Source of the DNA: an uncultured Alphaproteobacteria bacterium
GTDB lineage: Bacteria; Pseudomonadota; Alphaproteobacteria; Micavibrionales; UBA1664
Length of the DNA stretch: 64,000 nt
NCBI GenBank assembly: GCA_943789475.1
Contig: CALSUG010000006.1
Coordinates: forward strand, 199,425 to 263,424
Direction of reading: 5' to 3'
The notes under the pieces were generated by a model that did no database searches, was not told where the DNA came from, and saw nothing but the letters and a program-made list of their open reading frames with translations. The position numbers were made by a program, and so were the translations under genes. Every line of letters begins with the position of its first letter. The first letter of the stretch is position 1. This document shows, piece after piece, positions 20,251-28,749 of the stretch.

Positions 20251-22263
20251 CTAAATCTGTCCAAACATATGCCGTAAAGTTTTAACGGCACTACTTGGTG
20301 GAAGTTTTAATATTTCTTCGTAAAGGCTTATGGTGATAGAGCAATATTTTGGGCGATCCTCAAAAGAATGGTTGTCTTCAAGTATTAAAGCAGCGTCTTC
20401 GCCGTGTGCCTGCCCTACAGCACCAAACACTTCTTCTAGAAAAGCTAAAACATCTTCTTCGTTTGGAATTTCATTAAACTGAGAATATTCACTTATAACC
20501 CTTCCTGTCAGACCTAACTCCCGATCAATAAGCTCTTGTGGCAAATCAGAAGTATCAACCCCCACATCTGAACCATGAGCGTAGCTATAACATTTTTGTG
20601 GGTTGGCCATCTCATAATGTTTATATTGATCAACCAGCAATTGCGTGTATTCTAAAAGTGCTTCTCCCGATGTATATGGAAGGCGCTGATAAAGAATTTC
20701 GATTATAATAGGCAAAGATACCTTCCTAACCTCTGACATACTTTGTCCTCTCTCGACAGCTTGTCTGTATGCCATAACAATTTGATCATATCCTTCAGGA
20801 CTAGCTTCTTTAATAGCTTGATAAATAGGTGTCTGAGATAAAGTTTTTTCAAATTTATTTAGTTCAGATGGCAAGATATTTGTGATAGCAACATCACTAT
20901 AATCAGGATATCTGGTGATGAAGTTGCCACTAATTAATTCTTCATGGCTTGGCTCCCACATTTCACTTGGAGGTGTATCAAAAATACGATCAACAAATTG
21001 TTGACTAATGCCTTTTGAGAGTAAATATTTGCTGTCCATTGCATAATCAGAATAAAAATCAGATTGCTTCGCACCAGGAAAATCATATTGATGAAACCCA
21101 AGTTTGGCGTTTTTTGCTATTAGCCTTTCTTTCCCTGCAGCGTAAGGAATAATACAGGCGCTAGAACATTCGTAAGATGTATAAGTTGATAATCCTTTAG
21201 ACTCTATCAATGCCGCTAATTTTCTTGCAGATTCAACCCTACCACCAATGCTATTAAGATGTATTAATTTTATTGCTGGGTGAGCCTCCAAATATTCTTC
21301 TGTTTTTTCTGTTGCCCCAAAACCAATATACCCTGAAAACTCTAGTTCTGTAGCATCCCTTAAAACACGTAGCTGAAATTGTCCCATAGGATCATTGCCT
21401 GAACCTATTAACCAAAACTCCTTCACTTGAGGCAGGGTTGTTGTAAAAATAGTACTTATAAAGCCAAGCATCCCTAATATGGTTAAAGCTTGCGCAACCT
21501 TACCCCATGATTTTTTTGAACGTTTTGAATAATTGTTAGCAGAGCGCCATATACCTACCGCCTGCCAGATGGTGACTACAAAAATAACAGCCCACATGAA
21601 AATAAGAGCATAAGCTGTAAATTGAGGGCTTTCATCAAAACTAAGATCGTAAGTCAAAAGCGAAACAACGATGCCAAATAAAATGTTAACTAAAGCACCA
21701 TTAATCCAATAACTTCGTACGAGAGAATGTTCGCCGTACCAATGTTTCAAAAAATAATTTTTATGATTATCGGGTAGTGGAATGTGTTCTTCAATAATTT
21801 CTACTTTATCTTCTGTACCCGCACATTTTTTGTATGTTTTAATTGCTAGAAAAACACCGCCAATAACGCCAATAATGTTCCATGCAGCGCCAATATTATC
21901 GGATATACTTGCAAAGATATCTTCTAGTGCGCCTACAATTCCAACTACAATTGTAAGAATAAAAATTGCCGCTATAAACGACAATGTTTTACGCACAGTT
22001 TCTTTCGAAATACTTTTTTTCTTAAAAACTATTTTTTTAGATAGAAAGGAAATACCCTTAAAAATATATCCATCCCCCCAAATCCAAAAACCCAGCCAAT
22101 ACATTAGCAACGGCAGGTTAAGTACAGTGAATGCGCCTAAAAATGTCAAAAAATTAAACGATGAATATTCTTGAGCTAGGCCGCCAGCTATCAGCATAGT
22201 AACAATGCTCCATAAAATACAAACAGAAATCTTAATTTTTTTTGATTTTGTTGGTGTCGGCAT
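20251..22263 (-). CDS. polytopic membrane protein with ClpP/crotonase-like periplasmic domain (COG3904-like) and helical C-terminal domain
   Basis: 670 aa with multiple N-terminal TM segments and HWYGEHSLVRSYWINGALVN...WQAVGIWRSANNY. This is followed by IHLNSIGGRVESARKLAALI...CSSACIIPYAAGKERL, resembling ClpP-fold serine hydrolases. The function is unknown. Confidence 0.55.
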   Translation of the reverse strand: MPTPTKSKKIKISVCILWSIVTMLIAGGLAQEYSSFNFLTFLGAFTVLNLPLLMYWLGFWIWGDGYIFKGISFLSKKIVFKKKSISKETVRKTLSFIAAIFILTIVVGIVGALEDIFASISDNIGAAWNIIGVIGGVFLAIKTYKKCAGTEDKVEIIEEHIPLPDNHKNYFLKHWYGEHSLVRSYWINGALVNILFGIVVSLLTYDLSFDESPQFTAYALIFMWAVIFVVTIWQAVGIWRSANNYSKRSKKSWGKVAQALTILGMLGFISTIFTTTLPQVKEFWLIGSGNDPMGQFQLRVLRDATELEFSGYIGFGATEKTEEYLEAHPAIKLIHLNSIGGRVESARKLAALIESKGLSTYTSYECSSACIIPYAAGKERLIAKNAKLGFHQYDFPGAKQSDFYSDYAMDSKYLLSKGISQQFVDRIFDTPPSEMWEPSHEELISGNFITRYPDYSDVAITNILPSELNKFEKTLSQTPIYQAIKEASPEGYDQIVMAYRQAVERGQSMSEVRKVSLPIIIEILYQRLPYTSGEALLEYTQLLVDQYKHYEMANPQKCYSYAHGSDVGVDTSDLPQELIDRELGLTGRVISEYSQFNEIPNEEDVLAFLEEVFGAVGQAHGEDAALILEDNHSFEDRPKYCSITISLYEEILKLPPSSAVKTLRHMFGQI

Positions 22264-22281
22264 AAGGCTGTGTCCTTGTTT

Positions 22282-23424
22282 TTATACTGTTTTCAATAAT
22301 TCTGTTTTTACAATATCGTCTTTTATCAAGGGTATAAAGTCCCTTAATTGCGATTTGATAATGTTCAATGAACGAAAACGGGGGTTTTTGTCATCTTGAT
22401 CCAATTTTTTTACATCAGCCTTCAGGCGATAAAACTGGCTATCATTTAACCCTAGCAATAACTTTGCACCCCTTATGCCATTTTGTTGACATGTGATTAT
22501 AAACCCTATTAGGGATGAAATACTTTGCGGTCTTTTATTTGGAAATATATTGTTAATATTGGCAATCAATTTTTCAGTAGAATGGCTATCAATATTCATC
22601 ATATAAAGTCCGTTTGTAATTTCCTGCCAATAATGCATTAAAATCGCCCGTGACAAATTACCATTATATAATCCCTTGAATGTAATGGGTTGAGTACTGT
22701 TTAGCGTTTTAAGCAGGGATTTTATTTTTCGTGATTGCAACCGTATTTCAAACCGTAAAACTTCAGGCTTTGTCATGTTTTTGAACATATCGACTTGGCA
22801 ATCATAATCGTTTTCAGCGCCCCTTTTATCACCGCACTTGCTCGCTTGTTCCAAATCCTTCACCTTGTCATACAGGGCAATTTCAAATGTGCTGGCATGG
22901 TATTTGACCATTTGCCCACCATTGCGAAAATCAGTTTTATTCAAATCTAATTTTTTATTCATATCAACCTTTTCCAACGTTTGAATAAGGACATGACACG
23001 GCGCATCCCGTTCCAAAAGGATGTTTTTTGAATAATGAATTGCCGATATTTTCGCATGAATAAGAAATTCGGCGCTGGTCTCAATTCCCATGCGTTTCAA
23101 GGCATCCAATAGAGTTTGAATGATATTATCAAAATCATTGTCTTGCAATTCTTCAAAATTATTTTGAAACATCAATTTGGGTGCTGAAAATTCAATCTTC
23201 ATCCATATTGACTTGGCGTATTCACCAAATGGTTTTTTAAATAGCGTAATGCGTGGCAAATACCCTTGTAATTTTTCTTTTTTAGTTGGGTTGTAGTGGC
23301 ATTTTATAATACCTTTATCGCCATACATAGGATTGCTTGCAAAACCTGCGTGCGGTGTAAACCGATCAGGTTCATTGATTTTAAAATCACCATAATTAAG
23401 GTTAATCACGACCGTATCCAACAT
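22282..23424 (-). CDS. putative rolling-circle replication initiator (phage/plasmid gene II/X, CRI-like)
   Basis: 380 aa. The N-terminus MLDTVVINL, the block IEFSAPKLMFQNNFEEL and AKISAIHYSKN resemble the filamentous-phage/plasmid replication protein family. Assignment is from memory of the family pattern only. Confidence 0.5.
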   Translation of the reverse strand: MLDTVVINLNYGDFKINEPDRFTPHAGFASNPMYGDKGIIKCHYNPTKKEKLQGYLPRITLFKKPFGEYAKSIWMKIEFSAPKLMFQNNFEELQDNDFDNIIQTLLDALKRMGIETSAEFLIHAKISAIHYSKNILLERDAPCHVLIQTLEKVDMNKKLDLNKTDFRNGGQMVKYHASTFEIALYDKVKDLEQASKCGDKRGAENDYDCQVDMFKNMTKPEVLRFEIRLQSRKIKSLLKTLNSTQPITFKGLYNGNLSRAILMHYWQEITNGLYMMNIDSHSTEKLIANINNIFPNKRPQSISSLIGFIITCQQNGIRGAKLLLGLNDSQFYRLKADVKKLDQDDKNPRFRSLNIIKSQLRDFIPLIKDDIVKTELLKTV

Positions 23425-23695
23425 TTCTACAACCTTTATTCAATACATCTTTTAATTTTTGGAAAATAGCGTCTTCAATGGCCTTGCTGGCCTGTTTATT
23501 AATCGGATGATAGATATTAAATATCTGCCCTCCTGATTTGCGTGTCGGATACGTTAAACGGTATCCCGTTTGATCTAACTTTTCATGGATAGCAATACCA
23601 CTGACATAAACGGCATCATTTAAAACCAATGACGCAAAGGCAATTAAACCCGATCTGGCTGGCACTAGGTTAATATCAATATTACTGATTATCAT
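23402..23695 (-). CDS. SpoVG-like protein
   Basis: Starting from the internal Met (MIISNIDINLVP...), the sequence aligns by eye with SpoVG: AFASLVLNDAVYVSGIAI..., YPTRKS.G, and the HPIN motif followed by IEDAI. The track ORF start at 23830 is probably too far upstream. Confidence 0.55.
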   Translation of the reverse strand: MIISNIDINLVPARSGLIAFASLVLNDAVYVSGIAIHEKLDQTGYRLTYPTRKSGGQIFNIYHPINKQASKAIEDAIFQKLKDVLNKGCRNVGYGRD

Positions 23696-23906
23696 CCTGC
23701 GCCTGCCTGTTTTTGCGTTTTGTCGGGATGATTTGTTCCCGTTCGTTAATCGTGACCAGCAATGACATGAAACCTGATAGATTTTGATATGATTCAGCAA
23801 CCTGCCTGTCTGAAACAGGCTGACTTGCAATCTTATTCAAAGCTTTTGAAAATTTGTCATTAAATACCATCCCTATTGTATGCGCATAAATGGCATAGGA
23901 TTGCAC
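23682..23906 (-). CDS. small hypothetical protein (first gene of the Rep operon?)
   Basis: 74-aa ORF overlapping the SpoVG-like start by 14 nt. No recognisable motif. Its position is compatible with an Xis/regulator role, but this is unproven. Confidence 0.3.
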   Translation of the reverse strand: MQSYAIYAHTIGMVFNDKFSKALNKIASQPVSDRQVAESYQNLSGFMSLLVTINEREQIIPTKRKNRQAQDDNQ

Positions 23907-23983
23907 TTAAATCACGGGGTACGAAAAACAGCTATTTCGTACTAAACTATAGAAAATAGAATAATATTAATTTATGATTATTC

Positions 23984-24412
23984 ATGCCTTATAAAATAGC
24001 ACTATTATTACTTTTTGTATTCATGTCCTCTAAAGCCTCTAATGCAGGACTATGCACAAGGGAACTTCAAGAAAAAGCAAATGTTTTTGAGGTTAACTGC
24101 GCAATGGATAAGCGTTTTTGTGAGGTTAACGGCTATATGTCGTCGAACCTATTAAAAACAGGCTATTCAGGTAATTTAGCTTTTTTTCAACAAACACCTG
24201 AAAAATTAAGGACACACAAAAGAGATACTCTAACAATTAGAACATCAAGAGGTGACACTCAAGGCACTGAAACACCTGAAGGGTATTTTGAAGCTATGAA
24301 ATTTGCAGAAAAAAGAATGCTGAACGAACTTGAAGGTGACCTCACATATTTTGACGCTTTAACAGGAAAAATTGTTGATGCTCCAAAAATAGAGTGCATT
24401 CCAACGAAGTAA
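23984..24412 (+). CDS. secreted Cys-containing hypothetical protein
   Basis: 142 aa with a signal peptide (ALLLLFVFMSSKASNA) and no recognisable domain. Confidence 0.45.
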   Translation: MPYKIALLLLFVFMSSKASNAGLCTRELQEKANVFEVNCAMDKRFCEVNGYMSSNLLKTGYSGNLAFFQQTPEKLRTHKRDTLTIRTSRGDTQGTETPEGYFEAMKFAEKRMLNELEGDLTYFDALTGKIVDAPKIECIPTK

Positions 24413-24418
24413 TGCTAC

Positions 24419-25354
24419 TTATTTGATTTGGCGCAGTCCAGCGCTAGACAGCTTTTCTTTCATGGTTTCTAGGGGATATTCACGGTCAAGCATAATGGCT
24501 GAAATAATACCGAATGACAGATTTTTTAAATGCCCTTCATCACCTGTTTTTTCAGCATTCATATTCCATGACACGGCTTTTGATAATATAAAATCTTCAT
24601 CATTTTTCGGTTCTTCTTGCATTTCAGTGCGCACAACAAGAGAGCCTAGCTTTATTGATTCAAGAGTGCTTTTGTCTTTATCCCGTTCTTTGACACATTC
24701 TTTTTCCCATTTTTGGATTGCATCAATAGATACGCCACAGGCATCGGACAAATCGCATTCAGCAACGTATTTTTCTTTACCTTGCCCCATCAATTTATAA
24801 AGATGCTGAACTGTAATCCAGCGCAATTCCTGTAAATCGTATGCATCACCTTGTTTGCGAATGTTGGTTGGTTCTACAAGCCATTCCACTTGTCCTTCAT
24901 TAAGCGCATACAAAGATTTTTCTAAGCCTAAGCGCCATGCCATGCGTCCATATTTCCCAAATGAGTTATGAAGTATTGCACCTATTGCTAGGCGTTCGCA
25001 TATTAATTTTTGATCACCTTCAAAGATATCTTCAGATAAGTCGGGATCATACCACATGGTTTCATTTGTATGCATATTACAGGTTTTTGCATCAATCCAA
25101 CCATCCTTGGATTCCGCAATTTTTTGATATAATCCGAATATCTGATTTTCTGACCATTCAGTCAAAATGCCTGACAATTCACCTACTTTATTTAAGGCCT
25201 GATATGCTTTTTCCTGCTTACCTTTTTCAGATTTTTTTCCATGTTTGGGATCACTATCACGATGCAATTTAACCAACTCATCAACAATATCATGACAGCG
25301 CTGGATTTGTTCGTCCGTTAATTCAGGTCTTTGGAATACTTTTTTTTTATTCAT
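24419..25354 (-). CDS. hypothetical protein (island cargo)
   Basis: 311-aa uninterrupted ORF with no recognisable motif. Confidence 0.5.
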   Translation of the reverse strand: MNKKKVFQRPELTDEQIQRCHDIVDELVKLHRDSDPKHGKKSEKGKQEKAYQALNKVGELSGILTEWSENQIFGLYQKIAESKDGWIDAKTCNMHTNETMWYDPDLSEDIFEGDQKLICERLAIGAILHNSFGKYGRMAWRLGLEKSLYALNEGQVEWLVEPTNIRKQGDAYDLQELRWITVQHLYKLMGQGKEKYVAECDLSDACGVSIDAIQKWEKECVKERDKDKSTLESIKLGSLVVRTEMQEEPKNDEDFILSKAVSWNMNAEKTGDEGHLKNLSFGIISAIMLDREYPLETMKEKLSSAGLRQIK

Positions 25355-25529
25355 ACAACTTTAACTTCTATTACACTAATTGTGCTTTATACTCTTAAAG
25401 TATATAACATCATTTTATTAAACTTATTAACACAGATACAAACCAAATCAAGCAACTCTAAAACCCTTGTTATAGGCGGATAATAAAATCACATCTTGAT
25501 AATAATTCGTTCGTAATGTATCCAAAATG

Positions 25530-25538
25530 GCCTGCCAT
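25530..25538 (+). repeat. right junction core (attR) CCTGCCATT
   Basis: Identical to 18765-18773. It is embedded in AATGGC-CT-GCCATT. Confidence 0.55.
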
Positions 25539-25695
25539 TCAGTCCATCAATCCATCCGACATAGAGAATACGACCTGACAAGCGCGGCATTCCGCGCGAT
25601 GTTGTCATGTGCATCAAGAGGTGACCCCGAGAGAATGTTGTAAAAAGGTGTTTTCTTACCCATTTTCTCTACGCGCAATATTCCACCCGCTGGTT
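25531..25695 (+). repeat. dispersed intergenic repeat, copy A (165 nt)
   Basis: 147/165 identical to copy C without gaps (hand alignment). GC hairpin GCGCGG-CATT-CCGCGC at 25581-25596. Confidence 0.85.
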
Positions 25696-25700
25696 TGCGT

Positions 25701-25826
25701 TTTCCCTGTTTTACAGGGAATTAACAGGGAAATTTTTATTTTTATGAATGCGTTTTGAAATAAACACCAGAGAATTCAGTGCCTACAGACGAAATTATGC
25801 ATTTAGAACAGGGAAAATACAGGGAA
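25701..25826 (+). promoter_or_regulatory. cluster of five ACAGGGAA 8-mers (one inverted), candidate protein-binding iterons
   Basis: TTCCCTGT-ttt-ACAGGGAA (25701-25719), plus ACAGGGAA at 25723, 25808 and 25819. The two direct pairs are each phased 11 nt apart. The last copy ends 1 nt before the stop codon of recombinase 2. Confidence 0.5.
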
Positions 25827-25827
25827 T

Positions 25828-27363
25828 TCACACGTTTTGGATTATCTTAAAACTGCTCAAGATTGCGGACCCAACATAATCACGAGAACACCCTTCGCGT
25901 CTTGCAATTGCGGCAAGAGCTATACCGTCAAAATGTTCATCACGCCATATGGTACCTTGAATAAATTTCTTCAACGCTTTGGCGGGCATATCAAATAGAT
26001 CACGTCCCTTGGCTTTAATAATTTGCGATCCGGCCTGCGCTCGATGCAATTCATAAGGCACGTTCACTACTGCTTCGTCTTGAGAGCAAGTCAAGTGGAT
26101 GTTTAGATGTTTTTGAACAATTTTTGATAGCGGAGTAAGGTCGAAATTGAGGATCAATTGATCCTGGTGAACCATGGCTTTAGTTAAGAGGCACCGCACA
26201 AGATCATAAGACGGAATTGTTGCTTGGTGTTCTAAAAAATATTTTACAGCACTCCCTTCACTGTCATTAATCCATTTAGATAAATTTTGTCTTATTGCGT
26301 TTTCAATTGTAGATTCGATTTCATGAGCAGGAAATCGTGCCCGCAAATAATTAGGATGTCTCTTATCGATTGTCAAAGCATTATTACAGTAATAGCGATA
26401 ACGTTTGCCATTCCCCTTATTTGTAAAAACAGGTGTATAAGGACTGTCGCTTTCATCAAAAATCAAACCTGTCAGTAAATTTCGATGCTTTTGCTTTTTC
26501 TTGCCTCTGTCATCTGGCGCATGGTTTTGTAATAGATCTTGTACAGCATCCCATAATTCTTGAGAAATTATAGCATCGTGAAGCCCATCATGAATTTTAT
26601 CAATGTGTCGAATTTTCCCGATATAGACTGGGTTAGTGAGTATACTGTGTAATGCACCGCGACTAAAATAATGCCCGCCATATTGAACGCCCTTTTGAGA
26701 TATACGAACACGGCTTTTAATTTTGCGCTGCTTTAGTGTATCTGTGAGTTTTCGCAGGAATCCCAACTCTAGATACAGTTCAAAAATATGTTTTGCGATC
26801 GGGGCATCTGTGTCATTTACAATTAACCGTCGATCACCAATATCAAACCCAAATGGAGCACGCCCACCTTGCCACATCCCTTTAGCTTTTGACGCTGCGA
26901 TTTTATCACGGATGCGTTCTCCAGACACCTCTCGTTCAAATTGTGCAAAGGATAATAAAACATTGAGCGTTAATCTTCCCATTGATGTAGTTGTGTTGAA
27001 CGATTGGGTAACACTTACAAATGTGACATCGTGGGCATCGAATACTTCGACTAATTTTGAAAAATCAGTTAGAGATCTGGTCAAGCGATCAATTTTATAA
27101 ACGACGACGGTTTGAATTTTACCCGCCTTGATATCACCCATTAATCGCATGAGCGCTGGACGTTCCAGTGACCCACCCGAAAAACCGCCGTCATCGTAAT
27201 AATCTTTAGACGCTGTCCAACCCTCCGACTTTTGGCTGGTGATGTAGGCCTTACAAGACTCTCTTTGAGCATCAAGGGTGTTGAACTCCATGTCTAATCG
27301 TTCATCGGTAGATTTACGGGTGTATATGGCACAGGTTTTTTGTATAGTTTTCATAGCAACCAT
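25828..27363 (-). CDS. large serine recombinase (second copy, different family member)
   Basis: 511 aa with CAIYTRKSTDE (catalytic Ser region), YKIDRLTRSLTDF, then recombinase and zinc-ribbon-like regions. Confidence 0.9.
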   Translation of the reverse strand: MVAMKTIQKTCAIYTRKSTDERLDMEFNTLDAQRESCKAYITSQKSEGWTASKDYYDDGGFSGGSLERPALMRLMGDIKAGKIQTVVVYKIDRLTRSLTDFSKLVEVFDAHDVTFVSVTQSFNTTTSMGRLTLNVLLSFAQFEREVSGERIRDKIAASKAKGMWQGGRAPFGFDIGDRRLIVNDTDAPIAKHIFELYLELGFLRKLTDTLKQRKIKSRVRISQKGVQYGGHYFSRGALHSILTNPVYIGKIRHIDKIHDGLHDAIISQELWDAVQDLLQNHAPDDRGKKKQKHRNLLTGLIFDESDSPYTPVFTNKGNGKRYRYYCNNALTIDKRHPNYLRARFPAHEIESTIENAIRQNLSKWINDSEGSAVKYFLEHQATIPSYDLVRCLLTKAMVHQDQLILNFDLTPLSKIVQKHLNIHLTCSQDEAVVNVPYELHRAQAGSQIIKAKGRDLFDMPAKALKKFIQGTIWRDEHFDGIALAAIARREGCSRDYVGSAILSSFKIIQNV

Positions 27364-27508
27364 ACATGCTTCCTATATGAAGTAAGTCCAGTTAAATAGA
27401 AATTAAAATTTACTACTTCTTATTAATAATTAATCTATGTGAGTAATAAAAAACCATTAAACTATCGCCGCAGAACAGGATGTTTATCTTAAACTGGAAA
27501 TAACTAGT

Positions 27509-28108
27509 ATGTCTCAAGAACCTATAGGGTGGTTTTTAATCGATAGTAACAACGGTCGTCACGGTCCTTTTGATTGGGTTATTAGTAGTGCTCCTGCGCC
27601 GCAAACCGCAAAATTATTACCATCTCACTTCAAACACCATGACGATATTTCCGCCATAAAAATGCAGGGTTGTTATAGTCTTATGATTGGCTTGCCTGAT
27701 GATTTAAATGTAAAATGGGACGCTGTGAAGGTTAAGAACTCTCCGATTGAATGGATGGCTGTTAATTCCTCTAAACCGCTTTGTGATACTGGGTATTCAT
27801 TGCTTATCCAGACAAGTAATGAATGGGCGCAGGCTCATATCGATGATGATCAAGATGTGGTCAAAGAATTGTTACTGACCGAGACTGAAACGCTGTTACA
27901 GAACAGTATTGGTAATGCTGATTATATCAGCCTACATCGTTGGCGTTATGCGAATACAGTTATTGGTAGTGATCAAGAAAGCCAGATGCACTTTTTAGAT
28001 GAAATTAATAACCTCGCAGCGTGCGGTGACTGGTGTATTAAAGGGAGTGTTGAATCTGCATATTTAAGCGCGTTATCTCTCGCTGAAGCGCTGAAAAAAC
28101 ACTTATAG
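27509..28108 (+). pseudogene. 5'-truncated renalase-like NAD(P)/FAD-dependent oxidoreductase (C-terminal ~60%)
   Basis: HGPFDWVISSAPAPQTAKLL...HRWRYA...CGDWC matches the C-terminal part of ~330-aa renalase-family proteins. The N-terminal dinucleotide-binding GxGxxG region (~130 aa) is absent, and recombinase 2 lies immediately upstream. Confidence 0.6.
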
Positions 28109-28170
28109 TCGATGCACGCATTAAAAATTTGTAACTTTTATATTCGCTGACCTTTCATGATAATATAAAG

Positions 28171-28749
28171 ATGAAAAATATTTTATTTATTGTCTCAGCA
28201 GTTCTATTCTTAGGCGGGTGCAGTGTGTTTGGTAAAAGTGATGTCAAAATAGCCCCTTATGATGTTTTAGAAAAAAACGAACAATTTGAGGTTCGTCATT
28301 ACAAATCTCTGATTTTAGTCACAACACCGATGATAAATCTTAATGAAAAAAAGAACCCTTTTTACAAATTATTCAATTATATTTCTGGCGGAAATGATCA
28401 AAAGAAACAAATTTCTATGACAGCTCCTGTGTTTATGGATAAAAAAGATGACATGACTGAAACAATGTCTTTTGTAATGCCTAATGATTTTTCGATTAAG
28501 ACAACACCTGTGCCAATTGATAAAGCAATCAATATAGAAGAAATTAATGATTATACCGTTGCGACGATTAAATTTAGCGGTCGTTTATCACAAGAAAATA
28601 TTGCCGAGCATCAGAAAATTTTGGATAATTGGATTACCGCGAAAAAATATAAGGTGATTGGACAACCAAAAACGGCTGGATATAATCCACCTTTTACAAT
28701 TCCTGCGCTTCGACGGAATGAAATTTTAGTCCCGATCGAAAAACCATGA
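28171..28749 (+). CDS. SOUL/HEBP heme-binding family lipoprotein
   Basis: 192 aa with lipobox LGGC, YEVLEKNEQFEVRHY, MTAPVFM and GYNPPFTIPALRRNEI, typical of the SOUL family. Confidence 0.75.
   Translation: MKNILFIVSAVLFLGGCSVFGKSDVKIAPYDVLEKNEQFEVRHYKSLILVTTPMINLNEKKNPFYKLFNYISGGNDQKKQISMTAPVFMDKKDDMTETMSFVMPNDFSIKTTPVPIDKAINIEEINDYTVATIKFSGRLSQENIAEHQKILDNWITAKKYKVIGQPKTAGYNPPFTIPALRRNEILVPIEKP

Larger units (their letters stand above)
18772..25538. mobile_element. ~6.8-kb integrative element inserted at the 3' end of tRNA-Trp (serine-recombinase type)
   Basis: The recombinase gene abuts the tRNA. There is a 9-nt direct repeat CCTGCCATT at both junctions, Rep-like and orphan cargo, and the joined ends form an 11/12 inverted dyad around CT (see findings). 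Confidence 0.6.

Noticed and set aside
27472-27480. AGAACAGGA vs AGAACAGGG (25805-25813) as direct-repeat ends of a 1.7-kb recombinase-only element
   Set aside because: Only an 8-nt match. The DNA left of 25805 does not encode the missing renalase N-terminus, so a simple insertion model fails. I kept it only as a remark within the iteron finding.
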